NCBI GenBank assembly: GCA_951406725.2
Contig: OX597826.1
Span: 81,468,001-81,532,000 of the forward strand
DNA length: 64,000 bases
DNA from: Octopus vulgaris
Lineage: Eukaryota
Direction: 5' to 3'
The position numbers and the translations under genes were made by a program. Below the pieces are notes generated by a model that saw only the letters and a program-made list of their open reading frames with translations, was not told the origin of the DNA and searched no databases. This document shows, one piece after another, positions 37,463 to 50,840 of the stretch (positions are counted from its first letter, which is position 1; the number at the start of each line of letters is the position of its first letter).

Positions 37463-37805
37463 GCCTTATTTCTTTCTCTCTTTCTTTCTTTCTTTCTTTC
37501 TTGCCTTCATTCTTTCTTTCTTGCCTTCTTTTCTTGCCTTTTCTTTCTTCTTGCCTTCTTTTCTTTCTTGCCTTCTTTTCTTTCTTTCTTTCTTGCCTTA
37601 TTTCTTTCTTTCTTTCTTGCCTTATTTCTTTCTTTCTTTCTTGCCTTATTTCTTTCCTTCTTTCTTTCTTGCTTTATTTCTTTCTTTCCTTCTTGCCTTC
37701 TTTCCTTCTTTCTTTCTTTCTTTCCTCTTTCTTTTCTTATTTCTTTCTTTCTTTGCTTATTTCTTTCTTTCTTTCTTGCATTCTTTCTTTCTTTCTTCCT
37801 TCCTT
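37388..37805. repeat. (TTTC)n-derived microsatellite
   Basis: Seen directly; it produces the spurious F/L/S-rich ORFs. Confidence 0.97.
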
Positions 37806-37944
37806 CGTCTTTGTGTCTCAATCGTTTTGCAGTTTGCTTTCATTCCTTTATTTTCTCCTCTTTCTTCTCCTTTTTCTCTCTTTCCTTCCATTCAGCTTCA
37901 ACCTCGGTTTTTATTTCTCCTTCTCTCTTTCCTCCCCTCCCTGT

Positions 37945-38001
<57 letters not shown>

Positions 38002-38199
38002 AATTAACTCTATCACAAGCTAATATAATTTCGGGTTTAAACTTATTTTGTTCAAAAGGACAACTTTTATTTTTTAATTAACGGTTTTAATTAAAATCAA
38101 GAAATAGTAATAACAACAACGTCAACAGCATTAGCTACTTTAACAAGAGAGCGAGAGAAAGAGAGGGAGAGAAGGAGAGGGGTGAGATAGATATATAGC

Positions 38200-38261
<62 letters not shown>

Positions 38262-39619
38262 ATAATTACATCTGACTAAAACAGGAAATTAAATATGAAA
38301 CATGTTTTGAAAAATTTCCAGTAACTTTATAGGAATATTTCACGAAATTTTGATTAAAATATAGCGTCGTCCTTTGTCAATTAGAAAATTGAGTGAAACA
38401 GTGTAATATACATATATGAATACAATAAAATCACACCTTAATGATATTGTAATATCTATATTAACTGAACTATTGTGGTGCCTCAGTTATTGAACCATTG
38501 GTCTTGTAAAGCACAACACACGAGATCGATTTTCACTGGAGGGAAGTATTGTTTGTTGTTGGTTTGAATGCTTAAGGCAAAGATAGCGATGGTTATCAGA
38601 AAGAAAGTAAAAAAACACTCATACACAAGAGACGAGTAAATTGAGTAGTAACAGAGTTGGACGGAATATTTTGTGGCATTTGTGGCGATTCTCCGGATTC
38701 TCTTTTAAAATTATCACATTTCTAATTTGTGTTTCGGTGTTACTTTCCTTTTCAGAGGTGAATAATAGCGTCAATGGAATAATATTAAAAACCTCCTCCT
38801 CCTCCTCATCATCATCATCTCCTCCTCCTATTTGAATAAAGTAACTTGGTAACTCGGATGGTAATTACAAAAAAAAAAAAATAATGGAAACTGTTTACTA
38901 AATTTTGGTAAAACAGTTTATATCGTAGAACAGAAGTAAAAAATGGTAAGCAAATCAATAATAACCATTTGTTTTAATGTCAGCTACTGAAGACCTAATA
39001 TACGGGAATGCATCCCAGTCCAGCGGGCCATTGGAATTGGTAGAAAAGATAATGGACCATACACGTAGGTTGAATAGACCTACTATTCTACTGCAATATA
39101 CTGGAATATACTGTCTCGGATTTAGTGGACCAATAATGTATATGGTTAGTGAATAGATCAGTGAACCATACACATTTGTAGAAAAGCCTCACTTCAACGG
39201 TTAATACTTATAGGTGGAATAAACATGAGTTCAGTGGAGTATAGTGGTTGTGAAAATGCGACTCCTTCAGGGCATTAAAGATCTTTGTGGAATAGTCATT
39301 CGTTCAATGGCATATACAGACAAGTGGAATAAGCACTGCTTCAGTAGACCATAGAAATAGGTGAACCGGACATGGGTTCTGAGGACTATGCTGATATATG
39401 GAATAAATACTGGTTTAATGGAATAGATAATGGTTTAGTCGAAAATACAAGAGGTTGGAAAAATCCTTACATCTCGGATCATATACAGGGTGCATCAAAT
39501 TTTTGCGGACCCCGCTTTCAAGATCACCAACTTTCTTCTACCATTTATTTTAATCTTACTTTTAAAATAATGTCAGACATCAGGTTGATCCAGCAAATAT
39601 GAAGAGACGCTGTAATCAT

Positions 39620-39870
39620 TGTTCTAAAAGCACAGAATACTGATACAGGGATGGCTCGGTTCTTGAAAGTTGGTCCCTGCTAAGCAAGTTAAAACACCAA
39701 GAGGCTGGAATCCTTTGGTTTTTCTCCGATGAGGAAATCTTTGATCCTGTCCTAAAGGTAAACCGAAGGAACAAAGACGATAATGAGGTTCCAACGGTTA
39801 TGAAGACTAAGTTCCCTGCAACTGTAATGGTTGCGTGAGTCGTTAGCAACAAGGGAGATGCCATGCGAAT
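39620..39870 (+). mobile_element. Tc1/mariner-superfamily transposase fragment
   Basis: LKHQEAGILWFFSDEEIF..NRRNKD..PTVMKTKFPATVMV..VVSNKG covers the first catalytic Asp region. Confidence 0.7.
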
Positions 39871-40826
39871 GTGCGTGATTATGTATGTCTGTTTCGCCCC
39901 CAAAGGCCCGGAAACCGTGCATCCTCAAGGAAAACGGATTTGATTTTCGAAATCTGTGTTCCAAAGAAAAGATCGTCCATAAATGACATTAAAAAAAACA
40001 ACTATAATCTTCCATGAACTCTCCCATTATCTATCGCCAGCCGTATATCTCTCTAGATACTGCGTTGGCCAAAAGTCACCCGACAGTAAATCAAAATTCC
40101 ATAAATACTGAATATTCAATTTTATTTATTCTTTCCAATTATGAATGTTTAATAATTGAGTTAAAATCACCGCTTTTTAAAAACATCTGTCTATATATTA
40201 ACGAAGTCTCATATAAAATAATTTTTTTGTTTTAATCTTGGAATTAAATGGGTTTGATTTACTGTCAGGTGACTTTTGGCCAATATCTGCCATACTCTTT
40301 GGCACTCACTCACTCTCTTTGTATATGTATCAGCTCTCAAGCATTGCTTTCATTTTGTTTAAAATCTCATCTTATATTCTTTACGTTCCTTATATGACAA
40401 CTATTACGCACAAATCCTGTTTTTTGACTGGATAAAAATAATCACACTTTAAACCTCTGTAACATTTTCCCAATTTTTTTTCCCTGGAACAAATGAATCA
40501 CAAACTCGGATTCAGCGTGAAAAAATACATCAAAATACACCAAATTTGAAAGTTTTCATTTAATTAAAAATTTTCAAAATCTGTGACAGCAACAGAAAAT
40601 CTCTCTCTCTCCCTCTTTCTCTTTCATTTTTCGCTTTTCTCTTGCTAAACTTTGCCCCTCTTTAAACATTTTTACCATACTCCCTTTCTCTCTGTGAAAG
40701 TATATTTCTCACGGTGTTTGTATGCGTGTAAGGAATTTCATTAGGGCGACTTAAATGTGATTTTAAAAAGTATGTAAATGATAGTTTATTTTAATAGCAA
40801 ACTTTTCTGTTAGTAAATGTTTTTTC

Positions 40827-40904
<78 letters not shown>

Positions 40905-41709
40905 TTGATGCGAGATGGTAGATTAAAAATTTAAATTACAATATTTTGTTGTTGTTGCTGACATACCAAGATTAGGCCACTGCTTCGTCATTCCAGAAAA
41001 TGGGGAGAAAAGATAGAGTGACAGAGAAACGAATAAGATAGCAGGTGGTCGTGGAGTGTGCAAGAAACAACAGCTAGATTTCTCTTAAATCTTTTCGCCT
41101 GAAAAGTATTTTGAAATTATAAACAGAAACAAATCGCAGACTCAGACTGTCTGTATTTTAAAACTATGATTTAAAATAAATGAGGAGAAAATCCGAAACT
41201 TTAGGATTTAAGGAGGGTCGAGATCAACGACAAAATAAAGAAAAGAAGGATTTCAGTGTTGTTTTTAAATTACGTTTCATTTTCTGTTTGAAACTAAAGG
41301 AAATGGCGATTGTGATGCTGATCGCCATTTCCCAAAATGTTTCTTTTAAAAAACCTTCAAGGCTTCTACCATCGTTTTTAAGTGCATAGCACAAAAAAAA
41401 AAAAAAAAAAGAAAAATTGCCAAAATCAGTATTGAGTTGGGGAGGGGGATCTGAAGAAATTCATAGTTTTTTCTTTTTTTTACCGAAAAGGCGCCTCCCA
41501 TTGTTTATAAGTGCGTAGCGCCAAAAAGAAAAAAGTCTGGAAGTGTGTAGGGGATTCATAAACTTTCAAAAACTTGTTTCATAAAAAGCTCCCCACCCAC
41601 AGATCATTTGTAAGGGTGTGTGGTGGGAAAACATTTACAAAATCCCCGTCAGCAGAAGATTCAGCTTATGCGGGTATCGGCAAAGACGGGATACTCATCT
41701 TTGTGTGTG

Positions 41710-42310
41710 TACGTGCGAGAAACACGGGGCCGACCTGCCCGAGATGCGCTCAGAGCGACGAAACCGTCCTGCACGCACTCGTACAGTGTCCAACCATTTC
41801 CGACCTGTGGGCCTATGTCGAACGACTGTTATCGCGTGTGGGACGAGTCAGTTTATCAACCGAGTCTATCGTGAATATTGTCGCGCCTCGTTTCTTGAAA
41901 CGAGAAGGAAGAGCCATTTTCATCGTACTTGTTGCTATGGCGAAAGAATGTGTATGGTGGACGCATCTGAAAGGTCTAGAGACAAACACTTTCCTCTCTG
42001 GTGAATCTCTCATCAGCTTCTTCAAGTATCACTTGAAGAGGAAGGTGAGAGTAGAGAGAGAAGTTTTGTCTAGCGAATGTTTCAAAAAAAGATGGGTGAA
42101 TGTAGCAAGGATGGTACGTGTGAATGACGGAGCCACCTTGAGCATGATTCTATGAACCAGAAAAAGGAAGGAAAAAGGAGAGTCTCTTATTGTAATATGT
42201 TTTTAGTATGACATTATTGCCCGAGGTTACCGTGGTCTTCTCCGTATTGACCCCTCGGAGCAGTTTCAAAGCTATTTGCATTTCTATTTTCTTCGATTTC
42301 CTTGCCATAT
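41710..42310 (+). mobile_element. Tx1/L1-clade LINE ORF2 C-terminal zinc finger and 3' UTR
   Basis: CPRCAQSDETVLHALVQCP..W (zf-RVT-like) and AKECVWW. Confidence 0.85.
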
Positions 42311-42319
42311 TTCTAAACA

Positions 42320-42800
42320 AATATGGCTAAGCGAAACCATGAGGCCGACTTCTCGTTTCTACCAATGTTAGAGGCGAAGGAAGCTGAAGGCAAAGCCGTT
42401 CCACGTGAACACACACGTGCCTTAGAAGGCATGAATGCTTCTGCTACTATAACCGCTGGCTCCACCTCTGTTACCACCACTACCGCTATTACCACCACAA
42501 CAAACACGAATACCGAAAATAAATCTTGCCGCAGCTTTAAAGTTAAAGAAAGCAGTCATGCGCTTTTCCAAAGAAGGACTGCTCGCCTGTAAAGCAATGT
42601 TAAAAAATGACGACCTCAGCATACAACTACAGACACCACAAAACATCATGGAAAAAATCGAAAAAAGAACAATTATTTACAGGACACTCAACCTATGTCA
42701 GTCGGTGCTGCCAAAGAAAATTATGAGAATAATATCCGTCATCTTTTACGGCACATCCGATCTGTTCTCTGGAGCTTCATCAGGGTCAATGCAAATACGT
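42320..42800 (+). pseudogene. Possible L1/Tx1 ORF1 N-terminal remnant
   Basis: MEKIEKRTIIYR resembles MEDMAKRTIVYK in ORF 18506..19048. Confidence 0.35.
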
Positions 42801-43379
42801 AAAATAAGAGGAAATAGCAGGGCCTCGGGATAAGGAAAGAAGGCTTAATAAATCAGAATCCTACCATTTTGTAGTGTAAAGCGTGAAGCCGATGGGCGAA
42901 TGAAAAAGAACTAGAAATTGGTGGGTTAATCTTTCTTTAGGGGTACCAGAGTGTATGAATAATAAGAAAATTGAACTAATACTCAAGTATAACTGGATTC
43001 GCCAATAAGTCTAGAAAAAGAATAGTTCTTATGATTTCGTAAATAATGCTAATTAATATTTATCCAAAAACATACCCCAAAAGTTGTTACAATATTTACT
43101 GATATATTCTAAAGACCGACCTGTTGTTGTCCGTAATGGAATTGAATAAAGTCCAGGCATCCCTATAATTGGTCAGCTGACTTTTAAACCAAAGGCAAGC
43201 TCAGGCCGTTATAGGGGTAGATGTAAATAAAGAAGTAAATAAAAAAGTAAAAGTGTTGGGGAGTAGCCTATGTTATAAGTGCCCAAGGCCGCTTGTGTCA
43301 TTATAAACCAATCCAACATGAAAACAACCCTAAACAACAAGCAGGTGTATTAGTTTGACGCTCGGGAAAGTGAGAAAGT

Positions 43380-43416
43380 CCTTTACGTTTCGAGCCTACG
43401 CTCTTCGACAGAAAGG
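43380..43416 (-). ncRNA. Minimal hammerhead with U6 core (CUGUCGA); same family as 50551 and 50775
   Basis: CCTTT-CTGTCGA-A-GAGC-GTAG-GCTC-GAAA-CG-TA-AAGG. Confidence 0.65.
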
Positions 43417-44346
43417 AACACGAGAAAATAAACAGAGAGAATAAAAAAAACTTGTGGATTCAGCGACCAATTTATAGCCACAGTTTTGCACCTAAGTTGC
43501 TTAAATTTTACTGCCTTATGTTTTTCAATTTAGAATGTAGTAATTTATAGGATTTTTAAAATTTTTTTTTCAAAATAATAAATTTGAGATGTCTAAGTTA
43601 TCAGACCTATCGCATTCTGTATTGATGTTCTCTAATCATTTGTGTTTTTGTATGAAAACTCTCTTTGTATGGAAACATACTTAACATTTTATCTCCATAT
43701 GATCAGTATATACTTATCTACTAGGATGACTGAACGCTACCATTTAATTTGAGTTACTTGCAACATTAATTTTTCCTGTTTTTAATTTTAAAAATAAGAA
43801 TCCTATTGAATTTTTTACTAAATTATCAGCTAAGTAAATTTCAACAGAACTTATAAATATTTGTGCGCGTGAACGCACTTGAATATAGATAATTGTATAT
43901 ACATACAGGAAATTGTTTTTCTAATATGTATTTTCTTTGAAACAGAATAGATTTTGTAAATTAAAATCTTCGTTGTGAATGTGTTTGAATATCAATTTTC
44001 TTATTTGTTTTTTTCATTTTTCCTGTTTCGTTTCATATTTTTGTTATTTTTCAACGAATTCATTAATTTGTTTTTATTCAAAAGAAAAGCTAACTATTGC
44101 AACGGTTTTTCTTAGACATACGACTTTACTAATTCTCTATCGGATTTTTTGTAAAACGGGGTTTTAAGTCCCTTTATTTATATTACAATTTCAAGAGCAT
44201 CAATGTTTTGGGGGAAAAAATACTATTCTCTTTGTATTTTTTAAAGTACATTCTTCCTTCTGTTTGTATCTTTCTCACTACATTTTTTGAATTATTGAGT
44301 TTCTTTTCATTTAGCAGCAAACCTGACCTTCACAATTATATTTCTC

Positions 44347-44395
<49 letters not shown>

Positions 44396-44742
44396 CATAC
44401 ATGCACACCTCCGCCTTAACTCTTCCCGATCGAATTTTTCGTGAAGCAGGATATTAAATTGCTGTGTTTATATTCCATTTTCAAGGGGAAACGTAAGGAG
44501 GGGAAAAAATCTAAGATTGTATTTTTTCCTTTTTTTTTTTTGCATTTTTCCTGCTCCTTTTTTCCTTTTCCTTATCTTTTTACGAACTAATTTTCTTTTT
44601 ATTTAACCGAAGAAATAACAATTACAACCATGTTTCTCTTCGACAAATAAGAACGTGCGATTTCCTCGCTGCTCACCCACAACACCATCCCTAACAATAA
44701 ACCTGCTCTGTGCACTCTGTTAACTTTTCTCTGTGTGTGTGC

Positions 44743-44790
<48 letters not shown>

Positions 44791-44889
44791 CAAATAAGAA
44801 AATGGAGAAACAAATTTAGTTTGTTCATCAACTTTCGGATATTAGAATGTTGGATTATTTCTTTCTTTTAATAAAATGAGAACCTCAAT

Positions 44890-44940
<51 letters not shown>

Positions 44941-45017
44941 TATAATTCTATACATATAAGATATAAGATAAGAATACAAATTATAAAAGTCATAATATAA
45001 ATTATTGAAATCCTTAA

Positions 45018-45160
45018 AATCACTTCTTACAGCTGTTTCAGCCTATGGCTAAAAGTAGATAATTTTATTTTCATTGTCTATAGGTGTCAACATACTGAGG
45101 TTGTAGGCATTTAAAAATAGGGTACTTATATATATAACCATAGGCCTCGTCAGAGGTAAT
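45018..45160 (-). ncRNA. Hammerhead with canonical core, 12-bp helix II and ~80-nt loop
   Basis: ATTACCT-CTGACGA-GGCCTATGGTTA...TAGCCATAGGCT-GAAA-CAGCTG-TA-AGAAGTGAT. Confidence 0.75.
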
Positions 45161-45879
45161 AAGGAACTTTAAAAATATCAATATTAATACATTAAACATG
45201 ATACACGTATTATTTAATATATATAAAAAAATAAAAAAATATCCATATAGCCATATACATATTGGATAAATGCTATCCCATAGTGGGTTACACCCATAAC
45301 CCCTATCTTAGTTTGTAGTATATATATATATATATATATTAATTCATGTTCGTGTATATATATGTCAGTTCAAAAATGAACAAACCGGTAACATATAATC
45401 CAGCGAAACCTTATCAGGTTCAAGTCACCGGCGACTGAACTAGCAATGTCCCCTGGGAAGAGTGCTGCTAGATCCAGTAGAAGACATCCAAGCCGTGTTA
45501 AAGACCGAAAGAACGCAGCATAGAGTCAACGACCATCTTGGCATCAACGCATGAGTATGTCACATTAACAGGCATCCATAGCAAAATACCTGGTAATATT
45601 AATGCCAAGGTTGGCTACAGTTGCAAAACGCGGCCTTGATAAAATGAATAGCAATGGTTCTTATGACATTCGTGATCTTTGCAGTTTTAAGTTTTAAGTT
45701 GGCCTACATATTAAACGGATGGCTACCTACTATGAGCAGTTTCTGCTTACTCGGAAAAAATTTACAACAATTAACGAGAAGATTCCGAATCGACTTACAA
45801 ATTCCGAAATCCAGAATATCTAGAACTTTCATGAAGATTTAGAAAATTCATGGAGTTGTGGCTGAATATAAAACTTACA

Positions 45880-46670
45880 GGGTACACTGGCCCACAGGGG
45901 ATTACAATCCCAAAACCTAAATCAGTAAAAGGGCCTGGGTATCGACATGAGTGATAATACCTCTTTCCAGGTGCACATTACCAAGATGGTGACAAAGTGC
46001 AGACGACTGACTGGATGGATCCTGAGAACGTTCAGAACCAGAAAGAAGGAAACCATGATGGTTCTCTGGAGAACATTCATTCTCAGCCGCCTCAATCATT
46101 CCCTCCACCTATGGTCATCTTACAGTGTAAAATTCACAGCGGAACTTGAAGCAATCCAGCGAAGCTTCACAAAGAAGATCGTCTCTTTGCAACAGCTCAG
46201 CTACTGGGAAAGGTTGAAACAACTAAGACTCTACTCCCTGGAGAGAAGACGAGAGAGAAATGTAGTAATATACATCTGGAAGATCCTGGAAGGGATTGTG
46301 CTAAATTTTGGCATTGAAAGCTACACAAATGCCAGAACAGGTCGACACTGCACAGTGCCAAAGATCCCAGTAACGCCCTCGCACTTCAGGACCAGTTACT
46401 ACAACAGTCTGGGTTTCAGGGGCCCACATCTTTTTAACATTCTCCCAAAGAGCCTGAGGCACCTACACAAAGTGGATGTAGGTGTTTTCAAGTGAAAACT
46501 GGATCGCTGCCTGTCGAGAGTCCGAGATGAACCTACCTCACAGCAGGAGGTGCAAATGAGGGTAACAACATCAAACTCCCTTATTCACCAAATGCCATAT
46601 ATTAGTGGTATTACAGTGTAGCAAAACGGCGGTGCCCTAGCATGGCCACAGCTTTGAGCTGAAACTAATA
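45880..46670 (+). mobile_element. CR1-clade LINE 3' fragment (same family as 16011)
   Basis: ORF 45947..46495. Tail ggcggtgccctagcatggccacagc..gctgaaac. Confidence 0.88.
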
Positions 46671-47057
46671 GAAAAATGTGTATACTATGTATGTATGTAC
46701 TGATGTATGTATGTGAATGTATGTGTGTGTACTTTTGAAAATATAAGTATGTATGAATTTATCTCTCTCTGTATATATATATATATACACACACATACAC
46801 ACACGTGTATGTGAGTATCTATATAGGCTGTGCTCTCCACTGCCAGTATATGGAGAATGAGTGTATCCATCTATATACACGCACATTTGAATATTTGGAC
46901 TTGTACTTATAAGAGTATGCCTGCGTACTTGTATGTATATGAATACCTATATTTTTATGAGTGTAGGTACCTTCTTTTAAATATACGTATGCAGGTTTGT
47001 GTATGGTTATATATGTGAGTGTATGTATATTTGTATGTATGTATGTATATATATATA

Positions 47058-47106
<49 letters not shown>

Positions 47107-47790
47107 GTGTGTGTATTTTTATATATATACTAGACTACCTGTAATCCGTTGGGTCATCATTTTTTCTTTTCCCTGTTATTTCGCATGCTTTCAACGAACG
47201 TGACATCGAAATCATGTATAAACGGCTCCATTCCCCGGAAAAGGAAAGATTTGGCTGCTATTTCTTGCATGCCCTGCTACTATGTAACAGGAATTTCGGG
47301 TCCTTTATTGCAAATAGCTGTTACGTGATAGCAGGGCGTGCTAGAAATAGCAGCCAAATCTTTGGAGTTGAGATACGTTGAATGCACTTGAAAAAGTTTT
47401 TGCACTGATATTCCCTTGGGACGATCTTTCGCTTTGACTCTCAGAACTGTCACTTTGACTCTTAGAACTGTCATCAGGATCAGCTGGTTTTGTTCGTTAA
47501 TTTCTGTAAAAAATTTCTATTTATTTACTTTCGTTTTAAAGTGACAGACAGGAGAAAGTGAAAGATGCGTGAACGAGTATATGAAATGGAAGTGTGTGTT
47601 TGTGTATGTGTGAGAGAGAAAGAGTGCCACTTACACATGCATGAGAACACACACCTTCACTCACTCTTTCTCTCTCTCTCTCTCTCTCTCACATGCACAC
47701 CCACATACAAAAAAGATGTACGTGTATGTATTGATGTATGTACGTATACATAATACATCCCTTCACGAACTCTTTCTTTCTCCCCCTCTC

Positions 47791-47886
<96 letters not shown>

Positions 47887-48489
47887 ACATACATCTTTCA
47901 CTTTCTCCTCTCTTTTACTTTAAAACAAAGTAAATAAAAATTTCTTACGGAAATTAACGACTTGAAAATAATTAAAAAAAACATTAGAATATTGTCTGCC
48001 TAAAGAAAGCTAAAATATAAATACTGTACAAACAACTTACATTTTTGAAGTCACATTCAGTTAAAAATATTTCTAAATGATTAAAATATTGTGTGCGACA
48101 AAAAGTCGACGGTTTTTTTCTTAGCGCGAAGACTGTGTGTGTGTGTGTGTATGTCACAGATAGTGGACGTATGTTTGTGTTGACATTCATTATATGTGTA
48201 TTCTGTATGGGTGTGTTGACGTCACGGAAGCGATGTTCTTTTTTTTTTCGTTAAGAAATAACAAACAAAAATTGTGTTTACTCGTTTTCATTAATATATG
48301 GAGGCCCAAATGTTACAAAAATTTATTCTGCACTGTCGAAGCTAAATGTGAAAATAAATATGCAAAAAAAAAAACAAACAAGATGGAATATGCTATTTCT
48401 GAAATATTTCGGGTACAGACAAACATCCCAAGAGTTTTAGTATTACCAACATGTGTGTGTGACTGTCCATGTATGTATGTATATATATA

Positions 48490-48503
48490 TATATAGGTTA
48501 GTG

Positions 48504-48554
<51 letters not shown>

Positions 48555-48684
48555 TTAGGGTTATCTTGTATATATACACTTTAAAAAATTTATAACTTGC
48601 ATAACTGGACACTCAGGTATAGATTATTTTATAATATATACATATACCCATATATATATATATATAAATACATATAACCCTAAC

Positions 48685-48719
<35 letters not shown>

Positions 48720-48795
48720 CATATATATATATATATATATATGTATACATACATATATCCCTAACCCATATATATACATGGGTTAGGGTTATATG

Positions 48796-48834
<39 letters not shown>

Positions 48835-48910
48835 GTATATGTATGTATTATAAAATAATCTATACCTGGGTGTTCAGTTATGCAAGTTATAAATTTTTTA
48901 AATGTATATA
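48490..48910. repeat. Inverted repeat (about 48570-48652 and 48830-48910) interleaved with short TTAGGG/CCCTAA units and (TA)n
   Basis: ggttagggtta near 48553 and 48782, taaccctaaccc at 48675. The arms are reverse complementary. Confidence 0.8.
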
Positions 48911-49540
48911 TGTATGTATATGTGCATACCTGCTCTTTTGTCTGTATATAAGTATCTAATGAGCGCATATACGTGTACATATGTGTGTGTGTACATGTAT
49001 ATAAGTATAGGTATATAAGAAAGTACACGTCTGTGTATGGGTATATTTATATATGCATGTATGTCTGCGTATTTATTTATATATATATATATATATGTAT
49101 TTGTATGTATATATGTGTGTATCTATGTATGTATAAACGTGTATGTATATGTGGCTGTATGGGTGTGTATGCGCACAAAGTATATGTATTGGTATGTAGA
49201 TTACAAAATAATTTGAGTACATATTTTTATATCTGTGTTGTTAGTCTATTTACGCCTGTTATTATCCATAAAATATCCAACTATATTAATTGTCTCCCCT
49301 ACATTACAACACATTTCTCCTGCTCCATTTTTTGGTTCGTTTTTCCTTTCCTTGAAAATCTACTCAATAATAATATAAACAATTATTTTGACAAACACAC
49401 GCACAAAAACCCCTTTTATACTAATCGCTCTAGATCGGATTATATAAGTTTATAACGTTAGTAATCCCCTTTAATTCGACCTTATTGCTTGTATAGTATT
49501 TATTTCCAAATTTTCTTATAAATATATTAATACTGTGAAA

Positions 49541-49773
49541 AGGCGGCGAGCTGGCAGAAACGTTAGCACGCGGGGCGAAATGCGTAACCGAAGTTCGTCT
49601 GCTGTTACGGTCTGAGTTCAAATTCCGCCGAGGTCGACTTTGCCTTTCATCCTTTCGAGGTCGATAAATTAAGTACCAGTTACGCACTGGGGTCGATGTA
49701 ATCGACTTAATCCGTTTGTCTGTCCTTGTTTGTCCCCTCTGTGTTTAGCCCCTTGTGGGTAGTAAAGAAATAG
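49541..49773 (+). mobile_element. Full-length family A tRNA-SINE
   Basis: 15-bp TSD atattaatactgtga at 49524-49538 and 49774-49788. Confidence 0.93.
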
Positions 49774-50382
49774 ATATTAATACTGTGACTAGATAATTAT
49801 TTATGACATATAACACTTATGTGTGTCTATGAATATTAGACCTGTTATTTACAATAAATACTTAAATTATACATTTCATAAACCTGAAATTATTCTTTAA
49901 TACTATAATTAACCTCTATTTTTTCTAAAAATATCTCAAGTCGAAAGGATACTTGACAGTGAATTAAAAACTAAATTTGTATTTGAAAATTCAGATACCT
50001 CCTTATTTGGTATTTCTCAACGTACATACAAATACAGCTTGACCAGTAATAAAATTCAGTTCAGGTGTTTTAAATCGACACACATATTGGATTACATAGA
50101 GAGAATGTCGGTTTTAAATATTACATATATTAGCACCCGCTTAATGTTTTTTCAGTCTTGGTTTAAATAGCTGTGGCTGCAAGAACGAATACAATAATCC
50201 TAAAATGATAGCTAAGAGAAAATATAGGTACTTCTAACGTCTTATTTTAGTTTTTATATCAGATAATCACGAGTACCAATATGACTATTAAGATTTTCTA
50301 TTTATGAATATCTGAGTCTTTTGTATGAAACAAATTGTATAGCAACATGAAAATAAGAATTATAATTCATTTTAACACCTAA

Positions 50383-50505
50383 TCTCCTCCATTACATAAA
50401 TATGAATGAATTTGTTGAACTGTTTAATAAGTTGAATAATATACTATATTATTCAACTTATTAAACAGTTCAACAAATTCATTCATATCTATGAAATGGA
50501 GGAGA
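50383..50505. repeat. Near-perfect ~55-bp-arm palindrome
   Basis: tatgaatgaatttgttgaactgtttaataagttgaata pairs with tattcaacttattaaacagttcaacaaattcattcata. Confidence 0.9.
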
Positions 50506-50519
50506 GCTACTAAATCTTT

Positions 50520-50840
50520 TTTTATTCTCTCTGTTTATTTTCTCGTGTTCCTTTGTGTTGAAGAGCGTAGGCTCGAAACGTAAAAGAGTTTCACCCCTTC
50601 CCGAGCATTAAATTAATACACGTGTTGTTTTCACACCCGTCTTCGTCTTTTGTTTTTTTTCTCGTAAATTCCAACTATATATATAGAGAGTTTACGAAGA
50701 AAACAAAAGACGAAGACAGGTGGTGTACAAAACAAACAGATGTATTAGTATAACGCTCAGGAATAGAAAAAAGTCTTTTACGTTTCGAACCTACGATCTT
50801 CTACAGAAAGGGACACAGAAGAATCAAGGAGAGAAAAAAA
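50520..50840. repeat. Convergent pair of the U6-hammerhead repeat family (motifs at 50551-50586 + and 50775-50810 -)
   Basis: CTTT-GTGTTGA-A-GAGCGTAGGCTC-GAAACGTA-AAAG and CTTT-CTGTAGA-A-GATCGTAGGTTC-GAAACGTA-AAAG. Confidence 0.75.
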
